From Eledone cirrhosa (lineage: Eukaryota), in contig OZ024750.1 in assembly GCA_964016885.1 (NCBI GenBank), positions 3,968,001-4,032,000 of the forward strand: 64,000 nt of DNA, given 5' to 3'. The notes under the pieces are model-generated. The model did not search any database, was not told the origin of the DNA, and saw only the letters and a list, made by a program, of their open reading frames with translations. This document shows positions 54,796 to 64,000 of the stretch, in pieces. Each line of letters opens with the position of its first letter. Position 1 is the stretch's first letter. Position numbers and translations under genes: made by a program.

Positions 54796-57009
54796 GTAAG
54801 TAAAAAATATGGTGTCTGAAACTTGTTTATTTATAAATGATATATATATATAGTATATATAGTCGGTGATTGCACTGCTCCACTACCTTCATGTCCTTAT
54901 TTATAAATCATATAAATATATAAATGGTCGGTACTTTCACTGCTCCTCCACTACCTTTCAGTATGTATTAGGATGAAAATATAAACAATAGAAATAACCT
55001 TACAAATGGGAGTGAAAATATAAACACATATGATATATACAAAGCATATAAATAAATTTACAGTAGACTAACATAACAAATATGTTTTAAATATATATAT
55101 AAATACATTACAAATGCTTAGATAACATTATAAATTGCTCGCGATTCTTTCAGAAGAATATATTCCTATCCTTATTTATAAATGATGCAATGTTTAGTAT
55201 TTTAGCAACAACTGTATGGCTGGTTTTATATATCTTGTTCATTGATAAGACACGACTGTTTTGATGTCGTCAAAATAAAAATACCCCCCCACCAAAAATA
55301 TTCGTAGACATAGAGAAACATGTTAGGTTAAAAAGCTGTAATTTAAACAGAGATAAACAAAAAAAGATAGTGAGATAAACCATTGTAGGAGTCTGTATGT
55401 ATGTCTCTACATGCATGATTTCTTAGTGTTCTAGAAATAGCAGCCAAAGTCCCCTCAAATCACACCCTTAATGTCTTTAAAAATAGGAATTAACATCCAG
55501 ATAAACAAAAAAAACTAGCTAGACAAACCAGGAATAAACAATATATATACTGAAATTGCACCCCTTAACATCTTTAAAACTGGAATAATCACAGAGATAA
55601 ACAAAACAGATATGGAGACCAGTCACTAGGAGTCTGTCAGTCTGTTTCTACATGCATGACTCATGGGTCTTCTAGAAATAGCAGCCAAACTCCCTCTCAT
55701 ATCACACCAAAACAAAAAGCAAAAAACAGCAACAACAACAAAAAATGAGAAGACACATTGGATAATATAGTCCTAGATACACTTATGTTTTGAAGAATAA
55801 AGATATGGTAGTCGTGGCTGGAATATCAGCTAAATAAATAAATGTCAACTAAAATTAAAATGACATTTCTATTCTTTAGAAATGGCTGTGCCCCAGCATG
55901 GCCTCAGCCAGTTGACTAGAACACGTAAAAGACTAAATACATGCATTTTTTGTTGTTGTTTTGTCAAGGCAACAACAACAACTACTGCTGAAGCAATTAG
56001 GTTAAGATAATTTGTTTTCTTTCGTGTAAATATATATATATTGTTTTCACTGCTACAAAATGACTGTTTATTGACTGCTACTGTATATTGCTGTTTTGTT
56101 GTGTGTATATATATATTGTATATATATTATATATGTCTATTCATTAAATAAAGTACCAGTAATACACTAGGATAATTGCTGGCCTGGTGCCAAAAGTAGA
56201 AACAATTATATATGTCTATTCATTATCTCAGTTGTGTATATAATGTCTCTATCTATCTATCTATCTATATATCTAACTATATATCTATCTGTCTGTCTGT
56301 CTATAGTTGTATTTTATCTAACATCACTGTTTATTTTATATCGCTGTTGTTGTTCAACCCCTAGTCAGCTCTGATCGTGCAAACGTATTTTCATTTTGTT
56401 TTGTTTTGAGGTTTTTCGCGGGAATAGTAGACCCCCGAATTACTTAATCCAATATGTCCCCTTTCATTTATTTATTTATTTAAAGCGATAGGATGAGCTT
56501 TGAGGGAGATTTGGCTGTTATTTCTTACAGATCCACATATAAAGGAACCTCTGTGTGGTCTCTAGACTTATTAGAAATAGTAGCCAAATCTTTTGTTTTG
56601 TTTAGTGTTTTAAATATATATATATTAGATAATGTAGTCCGAGATACATTCTGTCTAACAGTATATTTATGAAAAATAAAACAAGATGGTCATGTCTGGA
56701 ACGTCTTTAGATCATAGATCTGCTTAAAGGGGCGGGAAAGTGTCTCGTTTGTATATTGGTTTAATCTTAGACTAAACAACCATGGATTGATAGGCACATC
56801 ATGTCACTGTTTGTTATTGTTACCAAATATCTATGGGACTACTAGTATGTATTTTGATGTACCTGAGAAACCGTGGAGTTAGGAATCAATCGAAGCTAAT
56901 AACTTAACTTAATCGATTCAATCGGGGAAATTAGCATCATTCCCCTCATTATATCCCTGTTAAAACCTATGTTTTATTTAATTAAAACATTTAATTATCA
57001 TTGTGTGTG

Positions 57010-57081
<72 letters not shown>

Positions 57082-57443
57082 ATTAAATCCCGCCGAGGTT
57101 AACTTTGCCTTTCATCCTTACGGAGTCGATAAAATAAAGTACCAGTAACGCACTGGGGTCGATTTAATCGACTTTCTCTTCCCTCAAAACATTGCTGGCC
57201 TTGTGCCTAAATCAGAAACCATTATTATTATTATTTGAATATGGCGAACAAAACTGGCACCATTTCTCTCTACATACATCAATGCGCATTCATATATACA
57301 TATACATATATGCATACATATATATACACGCAGATGTGTAGATATACACACACATATATATGTGTGTGCGTGTGCATATATATATATGTGTGTGCATTCA
57401 TATATGTGTGTGTGTGTGTGTATGCATATATGTGCATTCATAC

Positions 57444-57474
<31 letters not shown>

Positions 57475-57478
<4 letters not shown>

Positions 57479-57527
57479 TTCCTGATGATTTCTAAAGAAT
57501 GAAACAGTTCTAGTCCTGTAGAATCTC
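57475..57527 (+). ncRNA. Type I hammerhead ribozyme motif, family H3
   Basis: GAGAUUC-CUGAUGA-U-UUC-UAAA-GAA-U-GAAACAG-UUCUAGUC-CUGUA^-GAAUCUC; perfect 7-bp stem I. Confidence 0.78.
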
Positions 57528-57609
57528 ATCTATATTAAAACTTTTATACTCTGCTATGTATTGAGTACCTTACTTACTGTGGTTACCTCCGATTCAACCC
57601 GGAATAACG

Positions 57610-57752
<143 letters not shown>

Positions 57753-58495
57753 ATGTAATTATATATTTTATTTCTACAAGCTTAGTCATCTCATTGAAAG
57801 AAGTGACGGGAAGCAAACGACAAGAATAACAAGAACAACAATTATAAAGAAAACAGCCGACAGCTGAATAACTTAATGTTGACAAAATGAAATAAACAAC
57901 AGGCAACTATTTCACTGGTATTCTCAGCAATAAATATGTCACAAAACCTTTTTAAAAGTTTGCTATGCTGTTTTTATTCTTTCACCCACAGTTTGCCCTA
58001 ATCGAGCAGGTTTATGATCAAAGGCATTCCAGCCATGACCATCTTGATAGATCCCTATATGGAACTGTACTCAGAAGCGAAGGTGTTTGTCACACAGTTA
58101 AACTATTTTAAAAGTCCCTAACATCTCTACTTCGTTTTATGCCAGCCATGTTTGTTAAATCATCTCCCTCTTTTTATATCACGACGTATATACCACATAG
58201 ATACATGTATAAATGCTATAGATATATGTGTGTATTCCTTCGTAAATAAATTTAAAATAAAACCTTAATGAATCCCTAATTTTCTGGGCCAGCAATGCTG
58301 GTTGTTTTTGCTAAAAATAAAAATTCCTGGTGGTGCCCGAATTTTCATTGCTAGCTAGCTTGCTTTCTGTCATGTAATTCTTGTATTACGTATCTCAGAA
58401 ATTGGCTGTTGCTTGCTTCTGTTGTTAACCCCAAATAGGTGGAGCCCGCTTAATATATATCTATGGTAGGCAGTTAGTAGTTAAATAGGTTTGTT

Positions 58496-58558
<63 letters not shown>

Positions 58559-59299
58559 GTGTATATACATGTATGTTTACGTGTATTTACTACATTTGTA
58601 TATTTTCCTGTACGTTCTCAGTTGCAAAAAGAAAGAAAAATTAACAATCCCTATTCTTTTGGTCCAGCAGCAATGCTGGTTGTTTTGCTAAAAATTCCTG
58701 TAGCTTTCTCATTTGTAGTATATTAGGTTTAGGTAAAATTATAGAAAAACACTCGATGGAGTTCGTTAAGAAATTTTGGGGTAGAATTATTAAAAAAAAA
58801 AAGCACCTGCTGGGGATCGCTAAGAAATCCTTTTTTTTTTACTGAGGAAAAAAAAAAAATTTTAATAAATTAAACAAGGATTACTATATCGTGTGGATTC
58901 TCAGAATTAGATTATTTTTGTTTCTATATAAAAAAAAAAAATTCCGCTTGCTATTTTTTTTTTTCTTGTTAAATTGTTAAAAGTATTTCTAATTTCATCA
59001 AGGAAATTTTTGAAATAATTAAAATTGCTAGCGTGAGTGTGTTAAACATTTTTAGTAATTGCTAACGTGTGTGTTAATCATTTTTAGTAATAATGATTTC
59101 TTATATAGGCACAAGGCCAGCAATTTTGGAGGAGGGAAAAGTCGATTAAATCGACCCCAGTGCGTGACTGGTACTTTATTTTATCGACCCCGTAACAACT
59201 AGTCCAGGTTTTGTGAGAACTCTCCCGATATCTTGTGTTGTGGTTGCTCTCAGTTCGAAATAAAATTTCTTTCATTCTAACAAAACGTAAACAAACAAG

Positions 59300-59354
<55 letters not shown>

Positions 59355-61455
59355 CTGTCTATCTATCTAGTAGTGTTTATATTCATAAACTAGTTTTCTA
59401 CTCGATATAAACAAACCTATATCAATGTCTGTTGATTTTCTATGCTCTTCCTGTTTCCTTATTTCACTTTCAAATACATTGTTCTGCTCTATTTCTCTGT
59501 ATAAAAATATCGATTCTTTACTTAGGCACAAGGCCACACCCATTTGTGGGCATATTTCTATCAATAATACATATGCCTTTGTGTTTTAATTTTCTCTAAA
59601 ACAATACCCACTATTATAAGAGGTTTAGTGAAATAACTAACCTTTAACATCCTATACAAAATAACCAATCGTTGCTATGTAGTACAAGTTTGTCAATACA
59701 TTTAAACAAATGATAAATGTTTAGCTATTAAAATCTAATAATATCCTTCATGTAATAATAAGATTTCAGGGTATCAGGATAATTTAAATTTGAACACTTT
59801 AATAGAAACGGTTTTGAACAGGGTGGGTGTTGCATCTACCCGAAAAACCGAGAGCTTTGTAATAAAATCTACCTGAATTATTATATGCTACGAAAGAGTA
59901 GATGAACGGTAGAAAAAAGAGGGATACGTCGTTATAGTAAAAACACACGTAGAGATAAAGATACAACTCTAAAAATTCTGCAATTCATATTTAGTTTGGC
60001 ACTTTCTGTTGTTTCAACTTTACACCCTAATCCATTTTATCCCCCCCCCCTCTCTCTCTCTCTGTATATATATGAAAAGATTAAGGACCCCCGACGGCTG
60101 AGCTCCGGCCGTTTCGACAGCTAGATCCGAACATATTATCCACTCTACTACCCCAAGTATCGAGTATCGAGTACTTTGGTGCGTTATGGTCCACCTGGTT
60201 TCTTACTACACTCCCTTTGTTGTATATAGAGAGAGAAAGAGGAGTGACAAATTAATAAATATAGTATATGTATGTGTGTATGTGATTTGTGGTACTCCTA
60301 TATATTTTGGAATTAGTTAAAACGTCTATTTCTATATATTTTTTATCAATATACTCATTGTAATAATTGTTTCTACTTTGGGCACAAGGCCAGCAATTAC
60401 CCAGTACATTACTAACCAAACATAACTGGTTTGGTTATTTAACTTCCTGCTGTGATTAATATTTCTAATTTTGTTTTTGTTTTCATCAATGTACCAAATA
60501 TAATTTTCTACTTTAGGCACAAGGCCAGCAATTAAACAGTACATTACTGGTACTTTATTTTATCGACCCCTTAAGGATGAAAGGCAAAGTTAACCTCGGC
60601 GGGATTTGAACTCATAAATACTGCAACAACCCTGCTTAAAAACACCAGCTATTGTTATTGGCAGTATAGGTGGAGGGTCGGACGCCATAGATTTACGGCC
60701 CTTTACGGTCTGAGTTGAAATCTCGCCGAAGTTAACTTTGCCTTTCATCCATACGGGGTCGATAAAATAAAGTACCAGTCACGCACTGGGTCGATTAAAT
60801 CGACCCCCCCCCCCCCAAAAAAAAATAGCCTTGTGCCTATATAAGAAACCATTTCACTCCACTGCTTATTGGTCAAACATGGTTAAGCAGACATGTAATT
60901 ACGACCATTCCAGCCACGACCAACCAGTCTTTTCTTATATATTGTTTTATGTATCATTCCTCAAGAAAAATTTGAATTAAGAGAGAATGTCTGCTGTTAT
61001 TTCTAGCAGGTCTTGTAACCACATGAAAGTCTCCCTTCCTCCCTAACATCGATTTAATTGGTTTCTACTCACTTAAAGCATTTGTTACTTTCAGTTGTGG
61101 CCATGCTACAGCATTGCTACGCATTGAGACAAAAGAAACTAAGCATATTTTAAATTACAATACTAAATTTATTTGTATTTTATTATTTTAAATTCTATTT
61201 ATGCCAAAAACTGAATGTCATGTCTGAAAACATAAATATATAAGTGTTGAATATGTAATGTACTTTTAGAATCAGGAATATATTGGACAGTGTTGTTCTC
61301 GATATATATATATATAAATAAACCAATCAGTTATTTAATTTGTTGATTATTCAATAAAGTTAATTTATAACAAATTAGAAGCACTCAAAAGATTTCTTCT
61401 GGAGTATAATATCAATAATATTAATATATGGAAATTATGTTTATAAAACCATATT

Positions 61456-61516
61456 TATTTTATTATATATATTTCAAGGGTATCAGTATTTTGGTACGCT
61501 ATCGTCAGATAAAATA
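61456..61516 (-). ncRNA. Type I hammerhead motif, family H4 variant
   Basis: UAUUUUAU-CUGACGA-UAGCGUACCA..UGAUACCCUU-GAAAUAUAUAUA^-AUAAAAUA; inverted partial copy at ~61661-61725. Confidence 0.65.
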
Positions 61517-61723
61517 CAATAATTGGTTTACAGATAATGACATATCGACATATGAACTTATGTCATTATCTACATATGAACTGGGTAATGGCTGGCCTTG
61601 TACCAAAAGTAGAAACAATTATCTACATGTGAACTAAATGTTATGAGTTCTATGTAAATAAACTGGTACCCTTGAAATATAAATAATAAAATAAAACGGT
61701 TTTATAAAGATAATTTCCATTTA

Positions 61724-61835
<112 letters not shown>

Positions 61836-61976
61836 CGACTGTGTCATGGTTGGAACGATTTTGATAATAATTTTAATTTTGTAACATCAGGACTGATCGC
61901 TAGGCTAGAAACAATAATTCATGTAACATATATATAACGTATCCTTTGCCAAAATATATTGGGTGGTGCATTCCGA

Positions 61977-62016
<40 letters not shown>

Positions 62017-62196
62017 GAGAGAGAGAGAGAGAGTCAGGACACCGACGGCTGAGCTCCGGCCGTTTCGACAGCTAGATCCGAACTAGGATTTAGCTGTCGA
62101 AACGGCCGGAGCTCAGCCGTCGGTGTCCTGACTCTTTTCCGATTTCTGTTCTACTTTCGTATTGAGTACTTTTTCCTCGTGTTTTTTAAACACAAA

Positions 62197-63218
62197 GATA
62201 CAGACGTATGTATATGGTGTATACAGATGTGTGTATATGGTGTGTATATGGTGTGTATACACACGTATGTATATGGTGTATACAGATGTATGTATATGGT
62301 GTGTATACACACGCATGTATATGGTGTATACAGATGTATGTATATGGTGTATACAGATGTATGTATATGGTGTATACAGATGTGTGTATATGGTGTGTAT
62401 ACACACGTATGTATATGGTGTATACAGATGTGTGTATATGGTGTATACAGATGTATGTATATGGTGTGTATACACACGTATGTATATGGTGTATATAGAT
62501 GTGTGTATATGGTGTGTACAGATGTGTGTATATGGTGTGTATACACACGTATGTATATGGTGTATATAGATGTGTGTATATGGTGTGTATACACACGTAT
62601 GTATATGGTGTATATAGATGTGTGTATATGGTGTGTACAGATGTGTGTATATGGTGTGTATACACACGTATGTATATGGTGTATACAGATGTGTGTATAT
62701 GGTGTGTATACACACGCATGTATATGGTGTATACAGATGTATGTATATGGTGTATACAGATGTATGTATATGGTGTATACAGATGTGTGTATATGGTGTA
62801 TACAGATGTGTGTATATGGTGTGTATACACACGTATGTATATGGTGTATACAGATGTGTGTATATGGTGTGTATACACACGTATGTATATGGTGTATACA
62901 GATGTGTGTATATGGTGTATATAGATGTATGTATATGGTGTATACAGATGTATGTATATGGTGTGTATACACACGTATGTATATGGTGTATACAGATGTG
63001 TGTATATGGTGTATACAGATGTATGTATATGGTGTGTATACACACGTATGTATATGGTGTATACAGATGTGTGTATATGGTGTGTATACACACGTATGTA
63101 TATGGTGTATACAGATGTGTGTATATGGTGTGTATACACACGTATGTATATGGTGTATACAGATGTGTGCATATGGTGTGTATACACACGTATGTATATG
63201 GTGTATACAGATGTGTGT
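62197..63218. repeat. Composite 23/25-bp satellite (gtatatggtgtatacagatgtgt and variants)
   Basis: Seen directly. Confidence 0.95.
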
Positions 63219-63339
63219 ACCAGTTGGTCTATATTTCCATAAGCAATATATTTTACTCTCCTCGTAAAACACGATAGCACGCCTCAATGTTTACATTTTG
63301 ACAGCTCCAACATAAATTGTTCGATATACATATATATGG

Positions 63340-63390
63340 GGCTTTCTGATGATTTCCTCCGAATGAAACAGTTCTAGTCCTGTAGAAGCC
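63340..63390 (+). ncRNA. Type I hammerhead ribozyme motif, family H3
   Basis: GGCUUU-CUGAUGA-U-UUC-CUCC-GAA-U-GAAACAG-UUCUAGUC-CUGUA^-GAAGCC. Confidence 0.75.
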
Positions 63391-63513
63391 ATTTCTATAT
63401 TAAATTACTTTTACTCTGCTATGTATTGAGTACCTTACTGTGGTTATCCCCGATTTAACCCGAGATCTACATATATATTTGTCAATATTTATTTATAAAA
63501 CTGCTCTATATTA

Positions 63514-63578
63514 TATTTTATCTGATGAAAGCACACCATAATTTAACTTGGTGTCCTTGAAATATGTATAATGAAATA
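63514..63578 (+). ncRNA. Type I hammerhead ribozyme motif, family H4
   Basis: Reverse complement of the 40559-40623 motif; shared flanks extend over ~125 bp. Confidence 0.7.
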
Positions 63579-63738
63579 AATATGGTTTTATAAATATAGT
63601 TTCCATTTGTCAATATGGTACTCAATACTTTGGGTAGTAGAGTGGGTAATAGGGAAAGAGCCAGGACCCCGACGGCAGAGCTCAAGCCGTTACGACGGCT
63701 ATTGTGTATACATTTTTTGTGGGTACAGCCTGTATATA

Positions 63739-63809
<71 letters not shown>

Positions 63810-64000
63810 GGAAAATAGTCAAGACCCCGACGGCAAAGCTCAAGCCGTTTCGACGGCTATTTCTGGACTCGAGAAATAGCCGCCGAAACGGCTTGAGCTT
63901 TGCCGTCGGGGTCCTGATTCTTTTCCTATATATATATATACATATATATATATCATATATACAAGCTGTACCCCCAAAAATGTATACTCAAAGGCTGTGT

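Noticed and set aside
62113-63287. Multiple 350+ aa ORFs on both strands
   Set aside because: Translations of a satellite repeat.

Overview
AT-rich, microsatellite-dense eukaryotic DNA, most likely from an octopod cephalopod (inferred from the dominant tRNA-derived SINE and the repeat landscape). One complete protein-coding gene can be reconstructed: a 4-coding-exon, 253-aa ODF3/CIMAP1-like (SHIPPO/PGP-repeat) gene on the minus strand at 415-7250. A likely first coding exon of a second, unidentified gene is at 54753. The rest is mobile DNA and repeats: >20 SINE copies, RTE-, CRE- and Tx1-like LINE fragments, hAT and mariner MITEs, and many mini/microsatellites, which explain nearly all long ORFs in the track. 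The most striking unexplained signal is about a dozen type I hammerhead ribozyme (HHR) motifs in four sequence families, plus a fifth family of half-ribozymes. They sit in short non-coding elements next to (TA)n tracts, and many form fold-back palindromes. One family shows compensatory changes in stem I. This architecture fits non-autonomous Penelope-like elements or retrozymes. All folds and alignments were done by eye; repeat boundaries are approximate.
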